The notes below the pieces were generated by a model. It made no database searches. It was not told the origin of the DNA and saw nothing but the letters and a program-made list of their open reading frames with translations. From the NCBI GenBank assembly GCA_019429005.1, contig JAHYJR010000008.1, positions 1-39,100 of the forward strand: DNA of 39,100 nt. The letters are read 5' to 3'. Source of the DNA: Nanobdellati archaeon (lineage in GTDB: Archaea; EX4484-52; GLR71). The translations under genes were made by a program, and so were the position numbers. Shown here piece by piece: positions 1 through 8,884 of this stretch (positions are counted from its first letter, which is position 1; the number at the start of each line of letters is the position of its first letter).

Positions 1-26
1 GAAACCTAAGACGGAAAAGCACACAG

Positions 27-368
27 ATGATAACACCAGTTACAGTTGAAGAGATTGCAAGATACATCAAAGATTCACCCGTATATGGAATTGACGACAA
101 GCCATATGAAGAAAAACTTGATGTGCCAAGTACAGAACCAACAAACAGAAAATTATTTGAACTAACATTTGAAGAAATAAAAAGATTGAATAACGGACAG
201 GATAGCATAAACGCACACTATGACATGAACATATTTGCAGATAATCATTTTGAAAGATGGAATTCAAATTATGAAGCCGTTCGAAGTGAATATATTGAAA
301 GACTCAGAACCAAAAAAAAGACAATTGGTGAATTAATAAAATATCATACATTTTACAAATTTTTATAA
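27..368 (+). CDS. Hypothetical protein, probably the 3' part of a gene starting before the window
   Basis: The frame is open from position 3 to the TAA at 366-368; no motif recognised. Confidence 0.6.
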   Translation: MITPVTVEEIARYIKDSPVYGIDDKPYEEKLDVPSTEPTNRKLFELTFEEIKRLNNGQDSINAHYDMNIFADNHFERWNSNYEAVRSEYIERLRTKKKTIGELIKYHTFYKFL

Positions 369-405
369 CAATTAAATTATTAAATATTAAAAACCAATTA
401 AAAGT

Positions 406-1425
406 ATGAAAGATTTCAAAGAAGTTCTTATGGCAAATAAACCGATAATATGGGAAGAAGTCCAAAAATACTTAATTAAAGAAAGTCTTTATGGATTTGA
501 TAAACTAGTAAATGATTATCCTACACGACAAGGCAAATATGGTCGTGGCTCACTAATTCTTATGGCTTGCGAGGCTTTTGGCGGAGATATCAAAAAAGCG
601 GTAACAACTGCAGCCGCTATGCAAATGTCTGAAGACTGGCTTCTAGTCCATGATGATTATGAAGACGACTCAGAAGAGCGACGTGGAAAACCAGCATTAC
701 ATAAAATATATGGTAATGAACTTTCAGTAAATGCAGGCGACTATATGCACTTCCTTATGTGGAAAATCCTTTTTGAAAATAGGAAAAATTTCACAGATGA
801 CAAAGTATTCAAGATAATAAAAGAATTTGAACGATTTCTTGACATCACAATCAGGGGCCAACACATTGAAATGTGTACAATAATACAAAAAGACATCGAA
901 ACGCTTACAGATGAAGATTTCATAAAAATAGCATTTGGTAAAACATCAGAATACACAATTTCAGGCCCACTCAGACTTGGTGCAATCATCGCAGACCAAG
1001 ATGAAACTATGCTAAACAAGATATCCGAATTCGGCATCCCTCTAGGCATAGGTTTCCAGATACGGGATGATATACTAGACGTAGTGAACACAGGTTCAGC
1101 TTCATGGGGTAAAAAGATTGGTGGGGACATCAGGGAAGGAAAAAGAACACTTCTTTTAATACATCTAATAAATAACACAGACGGCGAAGAGCACAAAAAC
1201 GTTGTTGACATAATGAAGAAAGAAAGGGTTAATAGAACAGACGAAGATATCAAGTATATAATAGAACTCATGAAAACACGAGGAAGTGTGGCTTATGCTG
1301 AAAAGAAAGCTGAAGAATATGCAGAAAAAAGCATAGAGATATTCAATAAATACTTCTCAGACATACCAAACAAAGAAGACTTCCAATCTGCAATTAATTT
1401 CTTTACAATGAAACGGGATGTCTAA
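406..1425 (+). CDS. Short-chain trans-isoprenyl diphosphate synthase (GGPP/FPP synthase family)
   Basis: First Asp-rich motif HDDYED followed by RRGKP, GQ motif, KT motif, second motif FQIRDDILD, GGDIREGKRT. Confidence 0.93.
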   Translation: MKDFKEVLMANKPIIWEEVQKYLIKESLYGFDKLVNDYPTRQGKYGRGSLILMACEAFGGDIKKAVTTAAAMQMSEDWLLVHDDYEDDSEERRGKPALHKIYGNELSVNAGDYMHFLMWKILFENRKNFTDDKVFKIIKEFERFLDITIRGQHIEMCTIIQKDIETLTDEDFIKIAFGKTSEYTISGPLRLGAIIADQDETMLNKISEFGIPLGIGFQIRDDILDVVNTGSASWGKKIGGDIREGKRTLLLIHLINNTDGEEHKNVVDIMKKERVNRTDEDIKYIIELMKTRGSVAYAEKKAEEYAEKSIEIFNKYFSDIPNKEDFQSAINFFTMKRDV

Positions 1426-2501
1426 AAAGACATCCTTTGTTTTACCCATTCATTGGTCTTTCCGGTTAAAACATAACCTGACTTTTTAAGAGCTTTAATA
1501 TCTTTTGAACCAGTAAGATGCATTACAGTCTTAAGCTCATCAGAAACTTCTAAAATTTTAGCAGATAAAGACTCAGAACTTTTAATTGCATAAGGAAGAA
1601 GTGCTTTTGCAAGAGAAACACCATCAGCACCTAACACAATAGCTCTTGCCGCATCAAGACCCGTATTTATCCCACCACTACCTATAATTTTAATACCAAA
1701 CCCAACTGAACGGGATTCAATAATACTTACAGGCGCAGGAATACCCCAATCCCAAAGCAAATTCCCTAACTTTTGCTTATAAACATCCTTAGCTTTCTCA
1801 GCACGATAACATTCAACAGCAGTCCAACTTGTACCGCTTACACCACTCACTTCAATTGATTTCACACCAACCGCCTTAAGACGCATTGCAACATCCCGCG
1901 ATATACCGCAACCGCATTCCTTAACACTAATATCAAAAGTTTGAGATAAATTTTCAATTGCTTTCAATATCCCTTTAGTATTCTCATCGCCTTCAGGTTG
2001 CACAGCCTCTTGCGGAAGATTCAAGAAAATACTTAATCCGTTCGCACCAATCATATTCATTGCTTTATGAATCTTGTCAACACCAAAACCTTTACTACCC
2101 TTCTGATCAATTAGCTGACCACCACCAATTGATGCCAAAACTACAGGAATATCATAATCTTTCACAACAGAATAAGACTCAATAACATCAGGATTTTCAA
2201 TAGCAGCTCTCTGACTACCAATACAAAAACCAATACCAAGTTCAGATGCAACTTTTGCACAATTTTCATTTAAAATTCTACTACGATTATGTCCACCACT
2301 CATAGCTGCAATAAAAATAGGATGATTAAGTTTTTTCCCGAAAAAATCAATTTTAGTAGAAATCTCACTTCTGTTTATCTCTGGTAACGCATTATGTCTA
2401 AGAGATACATCATTCCAGTAATCATAATTACTATCAACATCTTCATTAAGACAAATATTTATGTGATCAGCTTTTCTCTGTTTAATTAGTTCATCATTCA
2501 T
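1422..2501 (-). CDS. fni: Type 2 isopentenyl-diphosphate delta-isomerase (FMN-dependent)
   Basis: RKADHI N-terminus, MSGG, GSQRAA, QEAVQPEGD, VKECGCG, GTSWTAVE, WGIP, SGGI. ATG at 2501 preferred to 2534 because it overlaps the upstream gene's TGA (ATGAATGA). Confidence 0.95.
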   Translation of the reverse strand: MNDELIKQRKADHINICLNEDVDSNYDYWNDVSLRHNALPEINRSEISTKIDFFGKKLNHPIFIAAMSGGHNRSRILNENCAKVASELGIGFCIGSQRAAIENPDVIESYSVVKDYDIPVVLASIGGGQLIDQKGSKGFGVDKIHKAMNMIGANGLSIFLNLPQEAVQPEGDENTKGILKAIENLSQTFDISVKECGCGISRDVAMRLKAVGVKSIEVSGVSGTSWTAVECYRAEKAKDVYKQKLGNLLWDWGIPAPVSIIESRSVGFGIKIIGSGGINTGLDAARAIVLGADGVSLAKALLPYAIKSSESLSAKILEVSDELKTVMHLTGSKDIKALKKSGYVLTGKTNEWVKQRMSF

Positions 2502-2865
2502 GTTTACCACGATACTCATAGTTTTGATGCTCATTTACAACAGGTTCTTCATCTTTAGCCTTAACTTCCTTTTTTACAACATCTTTCTTTTTTGAAAAAG
2601 AATATGCAAACATTGCAATAAACACAAGCAATACTGCAATATATAACCAATATGAATTAGTATATTAATCAACACCCGCATCTAAGGTATCACCAACAAC
2701 ACTAGTCTCCTCTGAATCATCAACTGAATCATCAACTGAATCATCAACTGAGTCATCAATAACTTCTGAATTGTCATCCACAGGGACCTCTTCAGCATAA
2801 CACACACCCGAAAATACAAATACTAAAAACAGCACAAAACCAAAAAAAACTAATTGTTTATTCAT
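2494..2865 (-). pseudogene. Small surface protein (signal peptide, acidic linker, C-terminal membrane anchor) interrupted by one in-frame TAA at 2665-2667
   Basis: After the TAA the same frame reads YTNSYWLYIAVLLVFIAMFAYSFSKKKD...RGKHE for 56 codons to a TGA at 2494-2496 that overlaps the fni start. Confidence 0.7.
2712..2759. repeat. 12-bp coding tandem repeat x4 (CTGAATCATCAA; encodes VDDS repeats)
   Basis: Three exact copies plus one with a single mismatch. Confidence 0.9.
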
Positions 2866-3101
2866 AAAAATCACATATAATTTAAAAATGATAGCAGATA
2901 AGAATATTTCTACTAATATATTTAATCAGAAAATAAAGTATATATACATTCAAATAAACAATTCTTAAAGGTTTCTATTATTCTGTACACACTATACAAT
3001 AAAGAATAAAACACAATACAATTAATATACTATACAAATAAACGAATAAAACACAAAATTACAAAACTTTTTTAAAAACACGCAAAGAAATATTAACAAA
3101 G

Positions 3102-5120
3102 GTGATTCCCATAAAAAACAGCAAAAAACGTATACTTATAACATCCGCACTCCCCTACATAAACAACACACCTCACTTAGGTAACCTTATAGGATCACAT
3201 TTACCAGCAGATGTTTTTGCACGATTCAACCGAATCCTCGGACATGAAACACTTTTTGTAGGCGGCAGTGACGAACACGGAACACCAACAGAAATCGCAG
3301 CAAAAAAACAAAATATCACACCAAAACAACTCTGTGATAAATACTACCAAATACACAAAGACATATACAGCTGGTTCAATATCTCATACGACATTTTCTC
3401 AAGAACAAGTAACATAACAAACCACAAAACAACAAAAGACATATTCACAAATATAAACAAAAACGGATACATTGAAGAGCAAAATATGGAAATGCCATAC
3501 TGCAAAAAATGCAATATGTATCTCCCAGATAGATATGTTGAAGGTATTTGCCCAAAATGCGGTGCTGAAAAAGCTAGAGGCGACCAATGCGATGCATGCA
3601 CAAGCCCGCTTAACCCAAAAGACCTCAAAAAACCATATTGCATAATATGTAATAGTACTCCAGAAATCAAAACAGTCCCACATCTTTTCTTTAGACTAGA
3701 CAAAATCAAAGACAAATGGGTAAACTGGGCATCTAAAAAACAATTCAAAGAAAATGTCAAGGGTGTTGTAAAAGCCTACATAAAAGATGACATGAAACCG
3801 CGATGTATTACACGAGATCTCTCTTGGGGTGTAAATGTACCGCTTAAAGGATATGAAAATAAAGTTTTCTATGTCTGGTTTGATGCACCAATTGGCTACA
3901 TTTCAGCCACAAAAGAATGGTCTAAACTAAATAATCAGGATTGGGAAAAATGGTGGAAAAATAAAGATACAAAAATATACCATTTCCTTGGTAAAGATAA
4001 CATTTATTTCCACGCAGTATTCTGGCCGTCAATGCTTATTGCAGACGGCACATTAAATCTTCCAGAAAACATTGGAGGTCTTGCAAACCTGAACTACGAA
4101 GGTGGAAAATTCTCAAAAAGCAATAACAGAGGGATCTTTTGCGACAAGGCAATAGATGTAGGATACACTTCAGACATATGGCGATATTATCTTTGTGCTA
4201 TAATGCCTGAACTTAGAGACAGTGAATTCAGTTGGAATCAATTCGCAGAAAAAATCAATTCAGAATTAGTCGGAAACATAGGTAATTTCATACACAGGAC
4301 ACTTACATTCACATACACTAATTTTGAAGGAAAAATACCAAAAGAAAGCACAAACAAAAAAGATCTCAAAATCCTAAACAATATAGAAAAACTTAAAAAA
4401 CAACATATCAATAAAATGGAATCTCTAGAATTCAAAGAAGGATTAAAAACAGTTCTTGAGATATCAAACAATGCAAACCGATATTTCCAAGAATCGGAAC
4501 CTTGGAACTTAATAAAAAATGATAAAAAAAGATGTGAAGAAGTAATTGCAACGTGCATCCATATCTCAACAATATTATCAAAATTATTATACCCATTTAT
4601 ACCAACAGGATCAGAAAAGATATGGAAAACATTAGGAAACCAAAAAGAGATTCTAAACACAGAACTTGATAAAATCAAAATAAACACAGGAAAAACGATA
4701 ATAAAACCTGAGATATTATTTAAAAAAATTGAGGCAAAAGATATGGAAAAACTAAAAGAAGACTTTTCAGGAAATAAAAATGAAACTCTAGAAGATACAA
4801 TATCTATTGAAGATTTTGATAAAATAAAATTAAAGGTCGGCACAATAAAATCTGTAAACGACCACCCTAAAAGAGAGAAATTATACATAATAGAAATAGA
4901 TGAAGGTGCAGACACACCAAGACAAATTGTAGCTGGAATAAAGGCATACTATAAAAAAGAAGATCTTGTTGGGAAACAAGTTATATTTGTATCAAACCTA
5001 AAACCCGTTAAACTCGGTGGTGTAGAATCAAATGGTATGATCATCGCTGCAGATGATGGCAAAGTCGTATGTGTCGTATCACCAGAACAAAAAGTTGAAA
5101 ATGGTGCAACTTTAGGTTAA
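3102..5120 (+). CDS. metG: Methionyl-tRNA synthetase with C-terminal OB-fold tRNA-binding domain
   Basis: ITSALPY, HLGN (HIGH motif), DEHGT, four CxxC zinc knuckles, YVWFDAPIGY, KFSKS, C-terminal EMAP/Trbp111-like domain (RQIVAGI, NLKP, SNGM). Confidence 0.97.
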   Translation: MIPIKNSKKRILITSALPYINNTPHLGNLIGSHLPADVFARFNRILGHETLFVGGSDEHGTPTEIAAKKQNITPKQLCDKYYQIHKDIYSWFNISYDIFSRTSNITNHKTTKDIFTNINKNGYIEEQNMEMPYCKKCNMYLPDRYVEGICPKCGAEKARGDQCDACTSPLNPKDLKKPYCIICNSTPEIKTVPHLFFRLDKIKDKWVNWASKKQFKENVKGVVKAYIKDDMKPRCITRDLSWGVNVPLKGYENKVFYVWFDAPIGYISATKEWSKLNNQDWEKWWKNKDTKIYHFLGKDNIYFHAVFWPSMLIADGTLNLPENIGGLANLNYEGGKFSKSNNRGIFCDKAIDVGYTSDIWRYYLCAIMPELRDSEFSWNQFAEKINSELVGNIGNFIHRTLTFTYTNFEGKIPKESTNKKDLKILNNIEKLKKQHINKMESLEFKEGLKTVLEISNNANRYFQESEPWNLIKNDKKRCEEVIATCIHISTILSKLLYPFIPTGSEKIWKTLGNQKEILNTELDKIKINTGKTIIKPEILFKKIEAKDMEKLKEDFSGNKNETLEDTISIEDFDKIKLKVGTIKSVNDHPKREKLYIIEIDEGADTPRQIVAGIKAYYKKEDLVGKQVIFVSNLKPVKLGGVESNGMIIAADDGKVVCVVSPEQKVENGATLG

Positions 5121-5151
5121 ACTATTATATTATAGAACCACAAAGATAACT

Positions 5152-6660
5152 ATGACAAAAAAGACGTTCTGCCTTATAATTCTTGATGGTCTTGGGCTAA
5201 GCAAAAAACGCGAAGGCAATGCATTCACCCTAGCAAAAACACCAACCCTAGATAATCTTCTAAAGACATATCCAAATTCAAGACTCAACACAAGTGGCAA
5301 ATCTGTAGGCCTCCCAAAAGGACAGATGGGCGGTTCTGAAGTAGGACATATACATATCGGCAGCGGACGAATAATATCACAAGAACTTGAAAAAATAAAC
5401 AAGAAAATTGAAGATAATAGTTTTTTCAAAAACAAAACACTTCTTAAAGCGATAACAAACACAAAAAATAATAAATCAGCTCTACACATCTTAGGTCTTT
5501 TATCAGACGGCGGTGTCCATAGCCACATAAACCATCTCTTCGCATTACTTGATCTCTGTAAACAAAATAATGTCAAAAACGTATACATCCACGCAATTCT
5601 TGATGGTCGTGACACACCACCTACAAGCGCAAAAAAATATATCAGACAACTTCAAAAAAAAATAAAAGAAACAGGAATAGGTAAAATTGCAACAATCATA
5701 GGTCGATATTATGCAATGGATCGTGACAACAGATTAGACAGAACAGACCTTTCATATAATGCACTTACAAACAAAATCGGACGATTTGAAACTGACCCGA
5801 TAAAAACAATAGATAACTCATATAAATTAAACGAAACAGATGAGTTCATAAAACCAATTATTCTTGATAAAACAAATATTAAAAAAGACGATTCTATAAT
5901 ATTTTTTAACTTCCGTGCAGACCGTGCACGACAGATAACAAAAATGTTTATAAAACACGATGATTTCAATAAACCACTTGTTTGCAACAATTTTACAACT
6001 TTCACCAAATACGAAAATGACCTTGAAACAAATGTTGTGTTCGCTCAAGAAACTGTTAAAAACACGTTAGCAGAAACCCTATCAAAAGCAAAAATGACAC
6101 AATTGAGACTTGCAGAAACTGAAAAATATGCGCACGTAACCTATTTTTTCAGTGGTGGACAAGAAGACACATTCGAAGGTGAAGACAGAATCCTCATCCC
6201 ATCACCAAAAATTGCAAGCTACGACCTACAACCAGAAATGAGTGCAAAAAAGATCACAGATGCTGCAATTAAAAACATTAAAAATGCAAAATATGATTTC
6301 ATAATCATAAATTATGCAAACGCAGACATGGTCGGACACACAGGAAAACTTGACTGTGCAATAAAAGCGGTTGAAACGCTAGATTCTAAACTTTCTGAAG
6401 TGCTTAAAACCCTAAAAGAAATGAATGGCTCGGCATTAATAATAGCAGACCACGGAAACGCAGAAAAAATGATAGATTACAAGACAAAAAAACCATATAC
6501 GTCCCATACATTAAATCATGTACCATGTATATATGTTGGTAATGAAAAAATAAAATTAAAAGATGGTGCCTTATATAACATAGCACCAACAATACTTGAA
6601 CTTATGAACATCAAAAAACCAAAAGAAATGAGTGAAAACTCATTAATTCAAAAATTTTAA
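5152..6660 (+). CDS. gpmI: 2,3-bisphosphoglycerate-independent phosphoglycerate mutase
   Basis: LIILDG, GQMGGSEVGH, SDGGVHSH, DGRD, GRYYAMDRD, NFRADRARQ, AETEKYAHVT, DMVGHTG, ADHGNAE. Confidence 0.97.
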   Translation: MTKKTFCLIILDGLGLSKKREGNAFTLAKTPTLDNLLKTYPNSRLNTSGKSVGLPKGQMGGSEVGHIHIGSGRIISQELEKINKKIEDNSFFKNKTLLKAITNTKNNKSALHILGLLSDGGVHSHINHLFALLDLCKQNNVKNVYIHAILDGRDTPPTSAKKYIRQLQKKIKETGIGKIATIIGRYYAMDRDNRLDRTDLSYNALTNKIGRFETDPIKTIDNSYKLNETDEFIKPIILDKTNIKKDDSIIFFNFRADRARQITKMFIKHDDFNKPLVCNNFTTFTKYENDLETNVVFAQETVKNTLAETLSKAKMTQLRLAETEKYAHVTYFFSGGQEDTFEGEDRILIPSPKIASYDLQPEMSAKKITDAAIKNIKNAKYDFIIINYANADMVGHTGKLDCAIKAVETLDSKLSEVLKTLKEMNGSALIIADHGNAEKMIDYKTKKPYTSHTLNHVPCIYVGNEKIKLKDGALYNIAPTILELMNIKKPKEMSENSLIQKF

Positions 6661-6677
6661 AAAATACAAACTTTATT

Positions 6678-6944
6678 CTATTTGCTTACTTCATACCGCA
6701 AGCCACCTATTTTTGACGCAACAAAATTATAGATAACTCCAATAAAAACGCCTTTTATAAAACCAAGTACACCGAACATTACAGGCATGACTAACATTAT
6801 TAAAAAAAAACCAGGAACCATACTATAGTCAATCAAAAGACTAGGAATACCTAAAAAAGCAAACAGCAAAAATACAGCAAAACCATAAGCAGCAGAAAAT
6901 ATTTTTCCTAACTGTATAACATCAACACTTTTTATAACAGGCAT
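6678..6944 (-). CDS. Small two-helix membrane protein, DUF3566-like
   Basis: IKSVD...K N-terminus, two hydrophobic helices, YN..A..IGG C-terminus. Family call is from memory. Confidence 0.65.
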   Translation of the reverse strand: MPVIKSVDVIQLGKIFSAAYGFAVFLLFAFLGIPSLLIDYSMVPGFFLIMLVMPVMFGVLGFIKGVFIGVIYNFVASKIGGLRYEVSK

Positions 6945-7002
6945 AATAATCATCTTTATTATAATTTAAAATAGAAAACATAAATATCTATCATATAATT
7001 AC

Positions 7003-7365
7003 AAAATAAATATAAAATAAATATAAAATAAATATAAAATAAATATAAAATAAATACAAAATAAATATAAAATAAATATAAAATAAATATAAAATAAATA
7101 AAAAATAAATATAAAATAAATAAAAAATAAATATAAAATAAATATAAAATAAATATAAAATAAATATAAAATAAATACAAAATAAATATAAAATAAATAT
7201 AAAATAAATATAAAATAAATATAAAATAAATATAAAATAAATACAAAATAAATATAAAATAAATATAAAATAAATATAAAATAAATATAAAATAAATACA
7301 AAATAAATATAAAATAAATAAAAAATAAATATAAAATAAATATAAAATAAATACAAAATAAATAT
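7003..7365. repeat. Intergenic tandem array of 33 x 11-bp AAAATAAATA(T/C/A)
   Basis: Counted unit by unit; exact 11-bp period with no indels. Confidence 0.97.
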
Positions 7366-7426
7366 AAAAACAATTATAAAATAATTAGTAAATTAATACA
7401 AAATAATACACGCTAAAAAACACACC

Positions 7427-8056
7427 TTATTTTACACCCACCACACACTCAACACCCCAATACACTTTCTCGTGCGATATGTCAGAAAATCCAGCACAAT
7501 CAAAAAAACGTGATGCATATATGGGTCGTGTCCTCATGTTCTTACAGAAAACATCACGAACTACAAAAAATATACGATATAAAAAACGACCAATAACACC
7601 TTGCTCAAAAGTTGTATTAACACCCACAACCTTACCACCTAGTTTAACAAGACGCTTCATCTCAGAAACAGCCTGCTCAATCTCAGCCGTATCAAGAAGA
7701 TCAATAAGGAATGCACTATACACAATATCAAAACTAGCATCTTTAAACGGAAGATTAAGGGTATCTGCCTTTGAAAAACCCAAAGCATTTACACCCTTAT
7801 TCTTAACCCGCCGTACCATTTCCCCTGAAAGCTCTGTACCAAAAACATAAGGTGTTTTTTTAAGAAAATAATTTAACTCTTCACCAATACCAAAACCGAT
7901 ACATAAAACTTTATCAGATTTTGAGGGCTTAGAAATCTTAACACCCCTAAACTTTGGCTTATTATCAATAAGGCTTATAATCCAATAGAATCGACTTAAA
8001 ACATCATAATATAGGCCAACAGATTTATGACTAATATCAGCTCGAGCAATATCCAT
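7427..8056 (-). CDS. Class I SAM-dependent methyltransferase (UbiE-like)
   Basis: VLCIGFGIG motif I, ELSGEM, ADTLNLPFKDASFDIV, EMKRLVKLGG. Confidence 0.85.
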   Translation of the reverse strand: MDIARADISHKSVGLYYDVLSRFYWIISLIDNKPKFRGVKISKPSKSDKVLCIGFGIGEELNYFLKKTPYVFGTELSGEMVRRVKNKGVNALGFSKADTLNLPFKDASFDIVYSAFLIDLLDTAEIEQAVSEMKRLVKLGGKVVGVNTTFEQGVIGRFLYRIFFVVRDVFCKNMRTRPIYASRFFDCAGFSDISHEKVYWGVECVVGVK

Positions 8057-8067
8057 ACAGTTCACAC

Positions 8068-8104
8068 TAAAATAAAAAAATTAAAAAAAGAAAAAAAAGA
8101 AAAA
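8068..8104 (-). terminator. Oligo-T terminator after the pilin gene
   Basis: Several A runs on the + strand (T runs on the coding strand) just after the stop at 8117. Confidence 0.55.
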
Positions 8105-8116
8105 TTGGTGTATACA

Positions 8117-8428
8117 TCAGCAAGCTGCTTGTATACCACCACACTGTGCTTGCCATGCAGTACATGTAACACCATTATATTTCAAACTATCTGCATTATA
8201 TGTACCTTGTGTTGAACAACCAGACATTATCTGAAGATTACAATAAGATACTGCTGTAGAACATTGTGCTGCTACAGAAGATTCATTTGATTGCATATCC
8301 GTTCTCTTGAAAAAGTTTCCAAGACCACCTGACACGATTGTTATCACTACAAGACTTATAACAATCAATACAACTGCTGTTATGACAAGAGTCAAAGCAG
8401 CGCTCATACCTTTATTATTATTGACCAT
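8117..8428 (-). CDS. Type IV pilin-like protein, candidate major pilin
   Basis: NNKG/MSAAL class III cleavage site, ~25-aa hydrophobic helix, 6 Cys; has its own BRE-TATA promoter and terminator. Confidence 0.85.
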   Translation of the reverse strand: MVNNNKGMSAALTLVITAVVLIVISLVVITIVSGGLGNFFKRTDMQSNESSVAAQCSTAVSYCNLQIMSGCSTQGTYNADSLKYNGVTCTAWQAQCGGIQAAC

Positions 8429-8481
8429 AAAAAATCACAAAATTTAAATTGATTAATAATATGATATAGATTAAGGCACTA

Positions 8482-8499
8482 TATAAATATTTCGGTTAT
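8482..8499 (-). promoter_or_regulatory. BRE-TATA promoter ATAACCGAAATATTTATA
   Basis: Matches archaeal BRE (CCGAAA) plus TATA box, 54 bp upstream of ATG 8428; identical copy at 38093-38110. Confidence 0.75.
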
Positions 8500-8511
8500 A
8501 TATATATTTAC

Positions 8512-8832
8512 TCAACAAGAACTAGGCAGTCCACCACAAACATCATTCCAACTACCCAAACCAGTACAAGGTTTATTACTATACTCAAGATTATCACCGA
8601 TAAAATTACCGCTTGATGCACATGCAGAATTTATCTGAAGATTACAAAAAGATACCGCTGTAGAACACGTTAAAGCGTTATTAGAATTATTTGATTGTGT
8701 ACTAGTTCTCATAAAGAAATTATCCATACCACTTGAAACAATAGTAATAACAATAAGGCTCACAACAAGCAATATAACTGCAACTATGATGAGCGTCAAT
8801 CCGGCAGTCATACCTTTTTTGTTTTTAAACAT
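8512..8832 (-). CDS. Type IV pilin-like protein, paralogue of 8117-8428
   Basis: KKG/MTAGL site; shares VSL.VITIVS.G..NFF.RT..QSN.S and CSTAVS.CNLQI; 6 Cys. Confidence 0.85.
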   Translation of the reverse strand: MFKNKKGMTAGLTLIIVAVILLVVSLIVITIVSSGMDNFFMRTSTQSNNSNNALTCSTAVSFCNLQINSACASSGNFIGDNLEYSNKPCTGLGSWNDVCGGLPSSC

Positions 8833-8884
8833 CAATTATCACATCTTACAATTTTATTATTTTACACCGATTTAAATATATGAT

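Noticed and set aside
2665-2667. Genome-wide stop codon reassignment
   Set aside because: TAA ends conserved genes at their expected termini (metG, gpmI, flpA), so the internal stop is local.
741-6592. Antisense ORFs (741, 3344, 3399, 4238, 5130, 5709, 5827, 6404)
   Set aside because: Shadows of well-supported genes on the opposite strand.
6959-7373. Three overlapping - strand ORFs of ILYLFYIYFIF repeats
   Set aside because: By-product of the 11-bp array, which has no stop codons on that strand in any frame; no RBS seen.
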